Below are positions 38,717-48,814 of a DNA stretch of 64,000 nt, piece by piece (position 1 is the stretch's first letter; each line of letters begins with the position of its first letter). A program made the position numbers and the translations under genes. Source of the DNA: Longimicrobiales bacterium (lineage in GTDB: Bacteria > Gemmatimonadota > Gemmatimonadetes > Longimicrobiales > Gaopeijiaceae); the NCBI GenBank assembly GCA_965226375.1, contig CBDDCX010000006.1:608001-672000 (forward strand), in the 5' to 3' direction. A model generated the notes under the pieces. It saw only the letters and a list, made by a program, of their open reading frames with translations, ran no database searches and was not told the DNA's origin.

Positions 38717-41700
38717 ATGACCCAGTCGATGTCGATGTTGATCGCCGTTGCCCTCGTGGCATTCCCAACGTCGAGGCCGATCTCGGCCCAGGACCCTACG
38801 GCTCCTGTACCCTCGAGCTCCGCGCAGCAAGCCACTTGGGATGTCGACCAGGCACTCGGGCCGGCTATTCCGCTCTCCTTCGAGACGGACGAGGGGACCT
38901 GGATGAACGTGGACGTCAGCGCGGACGGCCAGTCCCTGGTGTTCGACCTGCTGGGCGACCTCTACACCATGCCCATCGGCGGCGGACTGGCCACGCGCAT
39001 CTCGTCGGGACAGGCCTTCGACATGCAGCCCCGATACAGCCCGGACGGCTCGAGCATCGCGTTCATCAGCGATCGGGACGGAAACTTCAACGTGTGGCTC
39101 ATGGAGCCGGACGGATCGAACCCCCGCCAGGTGTCCGAGGAGGCGGACCGGGAGGTGAACAGCCCGGCGTGGAGCTCGGACGGCCAGTACATCTACGTTC
39201 GCAAGCACTTCGTCGATACGCGTTCCCTCGGTGCCGGCGAAGTGTGGATGTACCACGTGAGCGGAGGAGCGGGCCTGCAGGTGACCGAGAGGGACGGCTG
39301 GCAGAAGGACCAGGGAGAACCGGCTGCCTCGGGAGACGGCCGATACTTGTTCTATAGCCGCAACGTGTACCCGGGCCAAACATTCCAGTACGACAAGAAC
39401 GTCTATCAGAACATCTACTCCATCTTCCGTCGCGACCTGACCACGGGTGAGGAACGCGCCGTAGCACGCCGGCCCGGAGGGTCCGTCACGCCAAGGCCCT
39501 CTCCCGACGGCACCAAGCTGGCATTCATAAAGAGAGTGCGGCTCCAGTCGGTGCTGTTCCTGCACGACCTCGCAACGGGCGAAGAGTGGCCGCTCTTCGA
39601 CGGACTCGACCGCGACCTGCAAGAGGCCTGGGCCATCCACGGCGTCTACACTCAGTACGACTGGACACCCGACGGTGCCTCGATCGTGATCTGGGGCCAG
39701 GGCAAGATCTGGCGTGTGGACACGGCAACGGGCGAGGCCAACATCATACCGTTCACGGCACAGGTCGATCAGACGATCCATCGGGGCCTGCGCTTTCAAC
39801 AGGAGGTGGCTCCCGAAAACTTCGACGTGCGCATGCTACGCGACGTCACAACATCTCCGGCGGGGCGATTCGTCGCCTACTCGGCGCTGGGCAAACTGTA
39901 CCTTAAAGAACTGCCTCTCGAGGCCCCCCGGCGTCTGACCCGGGATAACGCCATCGAATTCGCGCCGGCGTTCTCGCCCGACGATCAATGGGTCGCCTAC
40001 GCCATCTGGACCGACGCGGGGAAAGGCCGTATCAGGGTCGTTCGATCCGACGGGAGCGGGGGCCGCAGCGTCGTGACGACTCCCGGGCACTATACCGAGC
40101 CCGCGTTCTCGCCTGACGGCCGCTGGCTTGTCTACCGGTCCACGGGAGGAGATCAGGTTCGCGGCCCGACCCATGGCGAGGACCCCGGGATCTTCGTGGT
40201 TCCGGTCGACGGATCAGAGGAACCCCGTAGGGTTCGCCGGAGCGGAACGCAGCCGAGATTCGATCACACGGGCGAGCGGATCTTCGTGAGCGACACCGCC
40301 GACGGGAAGCACGTGCTCCTCAGCGTCGATCTGCACGACGCGAACGAGGTGGTCCACTTCCAGTCGGATAACGCCACCCAGATCGTCCCCTCGCCGGACG
40401 GTGAGTGGGTCGCGTTCACCGAGCGCTTCCGCACGTACATCGCGACCTTCCCCCGCTCTGGCCGAACGGTCACGCTCAGTCCCAGCCAGGAGGGCTTCCC
40501 CGTAGCCCGGGTGTCCGAGAACACAGGTGATCACCTGCACTGGTCGGGTGACGGAAGATCCCTCCATTGGAGCCTGGGCCCCGAGTACTTCACGCGGGAT
40601 GTCACCGAAACCTTCTCGTTCGTGCGTGGCGGCACGCGCGACGCCGTGGAGCCCGAGGGCGACGGCCTGGACATCGGATTCTCCCGAGCCAGCGACGTGC
40701 CGGCCGGTGTGGTCGCGCTCGTGGACGCGCGCATCATCCCGCTCGGCGCCGACTCGGGCGAGGACGGTGGCGTCATCGAACGCGGCACCATCGTGGTGAC
40801 CGGCAATCGCATCACCGCCTTGGGTCCGACGAACAGGGTGGCCGTACCCACCGATGCCCTCAGGGTAGACGTTACCGGCAAGACGATCATTCCGGGCATC
40901 GTCGACGTGCACGCCCACGTGAGGGGCGCTTCGGGCGGCATACTGGCTGAAACGACCTGGTCATTCATGGCGAACCTCGCGTACGGGGTCACCACGTCGC
41001 ACGATCCGTCCAGCAACACCGCCACGGTGTTCACCAACTCCGAGATGATCCGGGCCGGCGAAAAGGTCGGGCCACGCCTCTTCTCCACGGGCGCCATCCT
41101 GTACGGGGCGGAAGGTGACGGAAAGGCCGTGGTCACCAGTGCCGAAGACGCCGAACGCCATGTCGCTCGAATGAAGGCCGTCGGTGCGTTCAGCGTGAAG
41201 AGCTACAATCAGCGCCGTCGCGACGCCCGGCAGCGGATCATCAAGGCCGCCCGCGATCTCGAGATGATGGTCGTGCCCGAGGGCGGCTCCCTGGTCTACA
41301 ACAACATGACCATGGTGTACGACGGTCACACCGGCGTGGAGCACTCACTTCCGGTGCCGGTCGTGTACAACGACCTGGCCCAGCTCTTCGGACAGAGCTC
41401 GACCGGCTACACGCCCACCTTGGTCGTCGGCTACGGCGGGCTTACGGGGGAGAACTACTGGTACGAGCGGACCAATGTCTGGGAGAACGAGCGCCTACTG
41501 AGATTCGTCCCCCACGACGTCGTGGACCCACGCTCGCGACGGCGCGTCATGGCGGCCGGAGACGACGACTTCAACCACTTCGCCATTGCGCGCGGCGCCA
41601 AGGCCGTGCAGGACGCAGGAGGCCTGGTCGCGCTGGGCGCCCACGGGCAGATGCAGGGCCTCGGAGCGCACTGGGAGCTGTGGATGTTCGTGCAGGGGGG

Positions 41701-41995
41701 CATGACCGAAGTCGAGGCACTCCGGGTCGCCACCCTCAACGGTGCGCGTTACCTGGGCCTGGACGGAGACCTGGGCTCACTGGAAGTGGGGAAGCTGGCG
41801 GACCTGGTCGTGCTGGACGAGAATCCCGCGGATTCCATCCAGAACTCGGAATCTGTGAGCATGGTCATGGTGAACGGCAGGCTCTACGACGAGGAGATGA
41901 ACGAGGTCGGGAACCGCCCTCGGGAGCGGAGGCCCCTCTACTGGGAGCGGAGACCTGAGGCGGCGCCTACTCCTCGTAGCCCAGAAAGCGGTTGA
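38717..41995 (+). CDS. exported PD40/TolB-repeat amidohydrolase
   Basis: Signal peptide, repeated PxxSPDG motifs, IIPGIVDVHAH, GAHGQ, GSLEVGKLADLVVL. Confidence 0.9.
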   Translation: MTQSMSMLIAVALVAFPTSRPISAQDPTAPVPSSSAQQATWDVDQALGPAIPLSFETDEGTWMNVDVSADGQSLVFDLLGDLYTMPIGGGLATRISSGQAFDMQPRYSPDGSSIAFISDRDGNFNVWLMEPDGSNPRQVSEEADREVNSPAWSSDGQYIYVRKHFVDTRSLGAGEVWMYHVSGGAGLQVTERDGWQKDQGEPAASGDGRYLFYSRNVYPGQTFQYDKNVYQNIYSIFRRDLTTGEERAVARRPGGSVTPRPSPDGTKLAFIKRVRLQSVLFLHDLATGEEWPLFDGLDRDLQEAWAIHGVYTQYDWTPDGASIVIWGQGKIWRVDTATGEANIIPFTAQVDQTIHRGLRFQQEVAPENFDVRMLRDVTTSPAGRFVAYSALGKLYLKELPLEAPRRLTRDNAIEFAPAFSPDDQWVAYAIWTDAGKGRIRVVRSDGSGGRSVVTTPGHYTEPAFSPDGRWLVYRSTGGDQVRGPTHGEDPGIFVVPVDGSEEPRRVRRSGTQPRFDHTGERIFVSDTADGKHVLLSVDLHDANEVVHFQSDNATQIVPSPDGEWVAFTERFRTYIATFPRSGRTVTLSPSQEGFPVARVSENTGDHLHWSGDGRSLHWSLGPEYFTRDVTETFSFVRGGTRDAVEPEGDGLDIGFSRASDVPAGVVALVDARIIPLGADSGEDGGVIERGTIVVTGNRITALGPTNRVAVPTDALRVDVTGKTIIPGIVDVHAHVRGASGGILAETTWSFMANLAYGVTTSHDPSSNTATVFTNSEMIRAGEKVGPRLFSTGAILYGAEGDGKAVVTSAEDAERHVARMKAVGAFSVKSYNQRRRDARQRIIKAARDLEMMVVPEGGSLVYNNMTMVYDGHTGVEHSLPVPVVYNDLAQLFGQSSTGYTPTLVVGYGGLTGENYWYERTNVWENERLLRFVPHDVVDPRSRRRVMAAGDDDFNHFAIARGAKAVQDAGGLVALGAHGQMQGLGAHWELWMFVQGGMTEVEALRVATLNGARYLGLDGDLGSLEVGKLADLVVLDENPADSIQNSESVSMVMVNGRLYDEEMNEVGNRPRERRPLYWERRPEAAPTPRSPESG

Positions 41996-42167
41996 GTCGC
42001 CATAGGTAATAGGAGAGGCCGGCCGCCAGAATCAGGAAGACGCCCCCAAGAACGAGGGCTCCCGTGCCACCTTCCCTGGAGAAGCCCACGAGTTCGTATG
42101 CGCCGTAGCCGGCGCAGAAGAGGATAGCGAACGCAATGAGGATTCGATGGAAGGCTATGATGGACAC
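41967..42167 (-). CDS. small two-TM membrane protein
   Basis: GGAG RBS, GTG start, two hydrophobic helices; co-oriented downstream of ctaG. Confidence 0.6.
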   Translation of the reverse strand: MSIIAFHRILIAFAILFCAGYGAYELVGFSREGGTGALVLGGVFLILAAGLSYYLWRLNRFLGYEE

Positions 42168-42341
42168 GTGCTTCTCCGAGCGGTGAACAATGGGGCACTA
42201 ATCTAGTGTCCCGTCCCAGAGTTCGCTGGCATTGATCTCGCTACGCGGCGACCGATGCACCGGGCCTCGATGCGTCGAGGGCCTCGGCGGCGCACGCCCT
42301 CGAGTATCCCACTCGACCGCAAAATCACCGACACCCCTTGT

Positions 42342-43262
42342 TCAAGGCCTCCACTCGGATGCGCGGGATCCGGCGGCGTTCTCCGCCTCGGTCTTCCAGC
42401 CCCGGTATTCGTCCTGGGTCCAGCGAAAGAAAACGACCGAGATGGCCACCCAGAAGATGAGCATCCCCGGAATCCACATAATCAATCCGCCCAGGCGCTG
42501 GTCCTCGAGGGGCGTGAGCGCCGTGACCCGGGGAGCCAACTCGTACAGCGGATAGAGCAGCTCGTCCGACATGGTGATGAACGCCGAGACCGCCGTGGAC
42601 GGAATGCCGAACGCGAAGACGTACATCATCAGCAACGGCCCGGTCGGGATCCTCTCCAACTCGGGGACCGGGTTCACCACCGGCCACCACATCATCGTAG
42701 CAACCGAGATGAACATCAGGTGCTGCACGATGTGAACGTCGTGATTGGCCAGGGCCGCGTTGTACATCGGAGGCAGGTGCCACCCGATGAAGACCACGTT
42801 GTACGCCGCGAACGCCAACACTGGATGGGTCAGCAAGCGAGCCACCCTCATCACGGCCGATCGCTCCAGCGCCTTGCTGATCAGCCAGCGTGGAATGCCC
42901 AAGATCAACAGCGGCGGCATGATGAGCATGAGCAGCATGTGCTGCACCATGTGGGCCGCGAACAGATACTCGTCCGCAAGGTGGTGAAGCGGGCCGTTCA
43001 GCGAAAAAAAGACAATTCCGACCGCGCCCAGGTACGCCACCACTCGCCACGGGCCCGCGCCCGTGTCAGACCATCCGAAGCGCCTCCGGGCGGGTCCCAC
43101 GGCCGTCAGGTAGAGGGCCGCCAGGAAAACGCAGCCCACCAGCACACTTGCGTGGACCTCGAATCCGAGTATGGCGAACTCATCCACCGGTGGACTCGTT
43201 GGCGGGAGGCCGTCCAACCCGGTGCTCGCCCAGGCAAGGCTCGGTAGCGTAGAGAGTGTCAC
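42342..43262 (-). CDS. ctaG: caa3-type cytochrome c oxidase assembly factor (CtaG family)
   Basis: YLFAAHMVQHMLL, PPLLILG, WHLP, HIVQH, DQRLGGLIMWIPG. Confidence 0.9.
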   Translation of the reverse strand: MTLSTLPSLAWASTGLDGLPPTSPPVDEFAILGFEVHASVLVGCVFLAALYLTAVGPARRRFGWSDTGAGPWRVVAYLGAVGIVFFSLNGPLHHLADEYLFAAHMVQHMLLMLIMPPLLILGIPRWLISKALERSAVMRVARLLTHPVLAFAAYNVVFIGWHLPPMYNAALANHDVHIVQHLMFISVATMMWWPVVNPVPELERIPTGPLLMMYVFAFGIPSTAVSAFITMSDELLYPLYELAPRVTALTPLEDQRLGGLIMWIPGMLIFWVAISVVFFRWTQDEYRGWKTEAENAAGSRASEWRP

Positions 43263-43398
43263 GCAGGATCTGCTCGGGTGGCCATCAGGAGAGGACGCGG
43301 CTCGATACCCGATGATGGAGTCGGGGATCCTTTGATAGAGGTCTACGAGCGGACGGCAGCGGGGATCGACGTGGCCATTGCCGCGTTCGAGGCGGACC

Positions 43399-44700
43399 TC
43401 ACGAGGGAGATGGCGCGGTTCGAAGAGCTCGGTGGCGGGTGACGTTGCCGTGAGCCTCAGCGGTGACCGCTAACGCAGCTACGGGCATCGGCGTGGAGGC
43501 TGTCACCCGATCGAGGCCGAAGATCAGATCGGCCACCAGATCCTCCCCGGCCTCGATGCCTACCGAGAGACGCAGTAGGCTGTCTCCGACACCGGCAACC
43601 GCCCTCGCCTCCTCGTCCATCGCGGCGTGGGTCATGGTCGCCGGATGGCAGACCAGGCTCTCCACACCACCCAGAGACTCCGCCAGCGTGAACAGTCCGA
43701 GGCCCTCCAGGAACGCCCGCACCTGCTCTGTTCCTCCCTCCAGTTCGAAGCTGACCATGCCTCCGAAGCCAGACTGCTGCGAGGCTGCGATCCCGTGCCC
43801 GGGATGGTCCTCGAGACTCGGGTGATGCACCCGCTTCACCGCCTCGTGCCGCCGCAACGCGTCCACGATCCCTAGGGCATTGGTCTCATGCAACCGCATG
43901 CGTGCATGCAGGGTCCTGATCCCTCTCATGGTCAGGAACGAGTCGAAGGGCGAGCCGGTCACTCCCAGCGCGTTGGCCCACCACGCCACCTCCTCGGCCA
44001 GACCGGCGGTGCGTGCGACCACGGCACCACCTACGACGTCGGAGTGCCCGTTGAGGTATTTGGTCGTCGAGTGGACCACCAGATCAGCGCCCAGTTCGAT
44101 GGGTCGCTGAAGGGCCGGTGAAAGGAATGTGTTGTCGACGACCACGCAGGCGTCCACGGCGCGCGCCCGCTCGACGATGGCGGCGATGTCGACCACCCGG
44201 AGCAGCGGATTGCTCGGAGTCTCCACCCAGACCATGCTGGGCTTGTCCGCGAAGACTTGGTCCAGGCGGCTCGCGTCCGTCTGATCGACGAGCGCGAGTC
44301 GGAAATGGCCTTTGCGAGCGAAGCTGGTGAGGAGCCGATGAGTCCCCCCGTAGCAGTCGTGGGGTGCCACGATCAGATCGTCCGGTCCGAGCAACTGAAG
44401 CACCGTCGTGACCGCCGCCATGCCCGAGGCGGTGATCACGGCGTCGTGGCCACCCTCCAGCTCGGCAAGCGCCTTCCCAAGAATATCCCTCGTGGGATTT
44501 CCCGATCGGGTATAGTCGTACTGGCGCTGCTCGCCGAGTCCCTTGAATGAGAACGTCGAAGAGAGATGGATGGGCGGGATGACGGATCCATGCTCACGGT
44601 TTACCGCCACTCCCGCTCGGACAGCACGCGTCTCGGCCCGGTTCTCGGGCCGCGTATCGGGCCGGATCCCGGCTCGGGCCTCGAAGCGGCGCTCAGTCAT
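43399..44700 (-). CDS. metB: cystathionine gamma-synthase
   Basis: YDYTRSGNPTR, SGMAA, ETPSNP, VDNTF, HSTTKYLNGHSD, AESLGGVESL. Confidence 0.93.
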   Translation of the reverse strand: MTERRFEARAGIRPDTRPENRAETRAVRAGVAVNREHGSVIPPIHLSSTFSFKGLGEQRQYDYTRSGNPTRDILGKALAELEGGHDAVITASGMAAVTTVLQLLGPDDLIVAPHDCYGGTHRLLTSFARKGHFRLALVDQTDASRLDQVFADKPSMVWVETPSNPLLRVVDIAAIVERARAVDACVVVDNTFLSPALQRPIELGADLVVHSTTKYLNGHSDVVGGAVVARTAGLAEEVAWWANALGVTGSPFDSFLTMRGIRTLHARMRLHETNALGIVDALRRHEAVKRVHHPSLEDHPGHGIAASQQSGFGGMVSFELEGGTEQVRAFLEGLGLFTLAESLGGVESLVCHPATMTHAAMDEEARAVAGVGDSLLRLSVGIEAGEDLVADLIFGLDRVTASTPMPVAALAVTAEAHGNVTRHRALRTAPSPS

Positions 44701-45673
44701 GATGGGCCTCCGCTTCCAGAACGTTACGGATCAGACGGCTCACCGCCTGATCCTCCTTCAGGAACGCGTCGTGCCCGAAAATCGATGCGATCCGCACCGC
44801 CCTGCCCGAGCTCGGCAGCCTCCGCACCAGCTCGGCCACCAACCACGGCGGCACGAGTGTGTCGGAATCCACCGACATCGCGGTGGTGGGGACCAGGACG
44901 TCCTCGGGTTCCACACGGTGGATGTCGAGGGACTGAGTAAGTGTCCGGAAGGCTGTCGCGTCGAACTGACGACTGAAGCGGCCCCCGTGGTACTCGAGAT
45001 AATCCTCCACCGCAAAACGAGGGGGGCCCTGGTCCCAGTTCGGCGAAGATGCAAAACGCTGCTCGAATTCTTCAGGAGTCCGATACGTCGTCATGGCCAA
45101 GGCTCTGGCGAGCGCCAGCCCGTCCTCCTCTCGGCCCGATTCTGCCGCAAGCTCCACGATGCGCCGCTGAATCACCCTCAGGCCGACCGCCATGGGGTGA
45201 GCACGGTGGGCCGCACATAGCACCAGAAGTCGGCGAACCCGCTCCGGATAGAGCGCGCCGAGGGCGAGGCCCACCATTCCGCCGTACGACGCGCCCACAA
45301 ACCCGTGTAGCTGCTCGATCTCGAGGTGGTCGAGCACGCGGGCTACCGCATGGGCCTGGTCCTCGGTGGTCACCACGGGAGGGCCCGACCCGCTGGCAAC
45401 CGGACCCGTCGAATCGCCGGCACCGCCGAGCCAGTCGATGCTCACGATGCGGTAGCGCTCCGGGTCCAGACCCCCACCCGAGCCCACCACACCCGGCCAC
45501 CATCCGGCGGCGCCGTCCGGCTTCCCGCAAACAAAGCGGTGTGCCGAGATGCCCCCGAGCACGAACACCGCCGGGGCGTCCTCGGCCCCGTACGAGGCGT
45601 AGGCCACCGTGTCTCCCGCGGCGGAGTCCCGCAGGGACACCGTGCCGCACGGCTGCGCGGCCACGGCCGTCAT
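44693..45673 (-). CDS. metX: homoserine O-acyltransferase, MetX alpha/beta-hydrolase family
   Basis: LGGISA, GWW, GASYGGM, LARALAMTTYRT, FGHDAFL. Confidence 0.9.
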   Translation of the reverse strand: MTAVAAQPCGTVSLRDSAAGDTVAYASYGAEDAPAVFVLGGISAHRFVCGKPDGAAGWWPGVVGSGGGLDPERYRIVSIDWLGGAGDSTGPVASGSGPPVVTTEDQAHAVARVLDHLEIEQLHGFVGASYGGMVGLALGALYPERVRRLLVLCAAHRAHPMAVGLRVIQRRIVELAAESGREEDGLALARALAMTTYRTPEEFEQRFASSPNWDQGPPRFAVEDYLEYHGGRFSRQFDATAFRTLTQSLDIHRVEPEDVLVPTTAMSVDSDTLVPPWLVAELVRRLPSSGRAVRIASIFGHDAFLKEDQAVSRLIRNVLEAEAHHD

Positions 45674-46767
45674 GACGCCCTCCCGGAGTTCACTGGAAAG
45701 CGGGCTTGGAGATCGACGAGAAGGGCTTCAGCCGTCGGTCTCGGTCCGAGCCCCTTGCCGAGATGCGCACAGACCTCGCCACTGCTCAGGCGATACGTAT
45801 AAGCGACTTCTTCACAACCGACGTCGAGCGTGCTCCCCTTGGGCACGGCCTTGTAGCTCAAGCTGCTGGCCCCACCTCTCCGCGCCTCTCCCACCAGCCG
45901 GGTGGTCAAGCCCTCGCGCACCCGTCCCCTGACAACCATCGGATCCACGTCGCGGAGATCCTGGGCCGTAACGAGTCCGGCGGGGCGACCGGTCAACGCG
46001 GCCTCGACCACCGACAACTTCACGGCGGCATCCACGCCCTTCAGATCCAGCTCTGGATCCGACTCCAGAAACCCCCGCTCCTCGGCCACGGCCAACCCAT
46101 CCTCGAATGAACCTCCGCCCTCCAGGACCTCGATGATGGCCGTGGTAGACGCACTACCGACGAAAGCCGCTTCGACCCAATCTGCTCGGAGCTCACCCAC
46201 GGAATCGAGCAGCTGCCGACCCGCACCGCCAAGCACAGCGTTGATTCCCACGCGTCCACCCAGGGCAGGATCGCTCCAGCGGTCCACGTGGGACGCGGCG
46301 GCGTCCTTGGCCGCCAGGATCAGACCCCTGCCGCGGCGAACCACGGTCTCGTCGAGGGTCTCGCCCCACTCACGACGGCCGAAGTCGGTGGCTGTCGTGT
46401 CCACGACCACATCGGCGTCTATCTCCAGGAGTGCCTCGGCGAGGGGCAGAGATCGTCCACCCAGAGCCGAAGCGAGGGTCTCACCGGCTTCCTTGGCGGC
46501 GATGACCTTGGCCGCGATGGCCTCGGCGGCGACGTCCTCGGCGGCGATAACCCGCTCGCGGTCCAATCCATCCGACACCGTCACCGTCCTGCTGCTGTCG
46601 GTCACGCCGGCCAGCGTATGCCCAGTCTCGCGAAGAAGGCCCAAGAAGGCGCGCCCCACACGTCCGGGCCCGAGGAGGTGTACCGTGGGAGAAGGGCCCG
46701 TGGTCTGGTAGGCGTCCAGGGTGGGCGTCGACACGACATAGCCCGAGACGCCGATCTGCTCGGTCAT
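45670..46767 (-). CDS. hom: homoserine dehydrogenase (short form, no ACT domain)
   Basis: GPGRVG Rossmann motif, VVVDTT, GFLESDPELDLKGVDAAVKL, GLGPRPTA; AGGAG RBS before ATG 46767. Confidence 0.82.
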   Translation of the reverse strand: MTEQIGVSGYVVSTPTLDAYQTTGPSPTVHLLGPGRVGRAFLGLLRETGHTLAGVTDSSRTVTVSDGLDRERVIAAEDVAAEAIAAKVIAAKEAGETLASALGGRSLPLAEALLEIDADVVVDTTATDFGRREWGETLDETVVRRGRGLILAAKDAAASHVDRWSDPALGGRVGINAVLGGAGRQLLDSVGELRADWVEAAFVGSASTTAIIEVLEGGGSFEDGLAVAEERGFLESDPELDLKGVDAAVKLSVVEAALTGRPAGLVTAQDLRDVDPMVVRGRVREGLTTRLVGEARRGGASSLSYKAVPKGSTLDVGCEEVAYTYRLSSGEVCAHLGKGLGPRPTAEALLVDLQARFPVNSGRAS

Positions 46768-46872
46768 TCCATTCGCTCCTGTTCCAGTTCTCATCGTGGG
46801 AAGCGAGGAACGCCGTCGGATGATTCTTACGGACCCGAGAGCACGACCGGGAAGGTCGGAAACGGACGCGAG

Positions 46873-46988
46873 TTCATCTGTCGGAGAACCTGGGTTCCCG
46901 CAGGACTTGGCACCGTTTCGAGGATTGCGTAGTTCCCCGAAGGTTGCCCCGGCGTCATAGGGCCTGCCCCTCAGCCGGTCTTGATGAT
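46873..46988 (-). ncRNA. SAM-I (S-box) riboswitch
   Basis: Minus strand TCATCAAGAccggctGAGGGgcaGGCCCtATGAcgCCggGGCAACC...GGTGCCAAGTCCtGC...AGATGA upstream of the met genes. Confidence 0.93.
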
Positions 46989-46994
46989 GGCGGG

Positions 46995-47023
46995 AGCATA
47001 TACGCCGGGGGGCGATCCGTCAA
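46995..47023 (-). promoter_or_regulatory. sigma70-type promoter of the met operon
   Basis: TTGACG-N17-TATGCT immediately before the riboswitch. Confidence 0.75.
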
Positions 47024-47074
47024 TGGGAATCAAACAAGAGCATGCCCGGGGACGGGCCGAGCGCGGGAGGGGCC

Positions 47075-47410
47075 CTACGCCCCGACCAGATCGAACTGGG
47101 GCAGGAACTGGTAAAGGATGATCATCATCACCACCACGAACACCGCGACGGAGAGTCCCGCCAGAAAGAGCACCGAGAAGACCTTGCTGTCCGACTTAAG
47201 GTGCATGAAGAACATGATGACCATGATGAACTTGGCCGTGGATAGTACGAGCAGAACGGGGACCAAGACCGGAGCCAGGGCCTCGATATAGAAGATGGCC
47301 ACCTCGACTCCCGTGATGACCGTCAGAATCCCTGCGATCATCCAGTAAAAGCCGACGGAGGTGTGGCCGCCGTCGTGCTCTGTTTGTGCTGTGGCCTCAG
47401 CGCTGCTCAT
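47075..47410 (-). CDS. second cytochrome c oxidase subunit IV family protein
   Basis: LTVITGVEV, LSTAKFIMVIMFFMHLKSD; three TMs. Confidence 0.85.
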   Translation of the reverse strand: MSSAEATAQTEHDGGHTSVGFYWMIAGILTVITGVEVAIFYIEALAPVLVPVLLVLSTAKFIMVIMFFMHLKSDSKVFSVLFLAGLSVAVFVVVMMIILYQFLPQFDLVGA

Positions 47411-47468
47411 GGTTCTCTCTCTGCTCCAAGTACACTACCGATTCCACTGAATCAGGTAACAACTCAAG

Positions 47469-48531
47469 GGGGTATTCCCTTAAGTCCACCGACCCCAAGA
47501 TATAGTGGTTACCGGGGCTCTGCGGGCCGTTTCCCACGTCCGGTGCCGAGGTAAAGGGCCGAAGCTGGCGTGGGAGCACACTGAACAGCCTGCTCAAGCA
47601 AGCGGTAGAACAACAGGCCGCGAGCCCGGGATGTGCGTCGGTTGAAGCGAAAGGTGAACTCGTCCAGATAGTAGGGGAGGTGTTCGCGGGCGATCCCTCC
47701 TTGGAGGGTTCCGAGGACCCAGCGCTTGAGGAGAGACGCCACCCGATGTACGGCCGACATGAGCACGTGAGCGGGATCGCCGGAGGTCGAGAGGTTCGTG
47801 ACCGTGTGGCGAAAGCCCAGTTTGGCGAGTCCCTGATAGCTTGGCCATCCGTCGGTATGCACCGTGCTTGCCGGTGCGATGCTATCCTTGACGAAGCCTC
47901 GCAGAACCGGAGCGGAGAGGTCGGGCACCCAACGCAGCCGTATTCTCCCGATCTTGCGTCCGTCGACCTCGGCGGCGATCGCGACGATGGCCTTCTTGAT
48001 CGTCTCGCGGCCCCGCACTCCAGCCTCCACGCCCCCGACATAGCTCTCGTCCACTTGCACAACGCCGCTCAGCTGGTCGCGATCCGGTCGGACCATGGCC
48101 CGGCGGAGCTTGTGGAGCCAGACCCACGCTGTCTTGTAGCTTCCCAGTCCGAGCACGCGCTGGAGCCCGAGAGCATTGGCTCCGTATTTCTGGCTCGTGA
48201 GCTCCCAGGCAGCGAGAAACCACAGACGCAGGGGCGAGCGCGTGCGGTGGAACACGGTTCCCGCCAGCACCGAGGTCTGCCTTCGACAGTGTGGGCAGAC
48301 GAGACGCCCCCGCGATGCTCGCCAGACCTCTCCCAACCCGCCACAGCCCACGCACACAAACCCTTCCGGCCAGCGCAGACCCTCCACGTACTCCAGGCAT
48401 GCCGCATCGTCGGGGAAGAACTCGTCCAGCTCCAGCCGCGTACGGGGATAGTCCACGCCGCCACGGAGCTGAGAAGCCGGAACCGCCATGACCACAACAT
48501 GTAGTGGGCGGTGGACTTAAGGCAATACCCC
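47469..48531 (-). mobile_element. IS1595-family insertion sequence (ISSod11-like group)
   Basis: Terminal inverted repeats GGGGTATT(C/G)CCTTAAGTCCACCG (22/23 identical) flank a single transposase; no target-site duplication seen. Confidence 0.92.
47509..48495 (-). CDS. IS1595-family transposase
   Basis: Zn finger CVGC...CPHC, HTH (LGLGSYKTAW), VDESY, HTDG, VHR (DDH type), YLDEFTFRFNRR. Confidence 0.95.
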   Translation of the reverse strand: MVMAVPASQLRGGVDYPRTRLELDEFFPDDAACLEYVEGLRWPEGFVCVGCGGLGEVWRASRGRLVCPHCRRQTSVLAGTVFHRTRSPLRLWFLAAWELTSQKYGANALGLQRVLGLGSYKTAWVWLHKLRRAMVRPDRDQLSGVVQVDESYVGGVEAGVRGRETIKKAIVAIAAEVDGRKIGRIRLRWVPDLSAPVLRGFVKDSIAPASTVHTDGWPSYQGLAKLGFRHTVTNLSTSGDPAHVLMSAVHRVASLLKRWVLGTLQGGIAREHLPYYLDEFTFRFNRRTSRARGLLFYRLLEQAVQCAPTPASALYLGTGRGKRPAEPR

Positions 48532-48814
48532 ATATGGGGAATAGCAACACTGGTCGCGGTCCGGTTTGTCTCTTTGGGGCCCAGGCGGGTGGTGGTCGAG
48601 CCGGAAGTGCCTCAGATCCTAAAGCTAAGACCTTAGTACGATGACAACCAAGGCTCTGCGCTTCGGAGCGAGACGATGAAGCCGTCCTGGAGTCGCCGAC
48701 CCTCCGTTGCAGCCCAACGGAGAGCTGAACCAAGGCGGTGCATGACCTGTATCATCCCCGAGAGCCAAGCCGCAAAGCGATCAGTTCTGGGACAGGACAC
48801 AAGAGGATCCCTCC

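Noticed and set aside
46493..46552. Four degenerate 15-bp repeats in hom (VIAAEDVAAEAIAAKVIAAK)
   Set aside because: Short in-frame slippage duplication; not CRISPR and no evident function.
47435..47467. Possible coxIII C-terminal remnant (YLIQWNR*) between the IS and coxIV
   Set aside because: Only three residues match; not distinguishable from chance.
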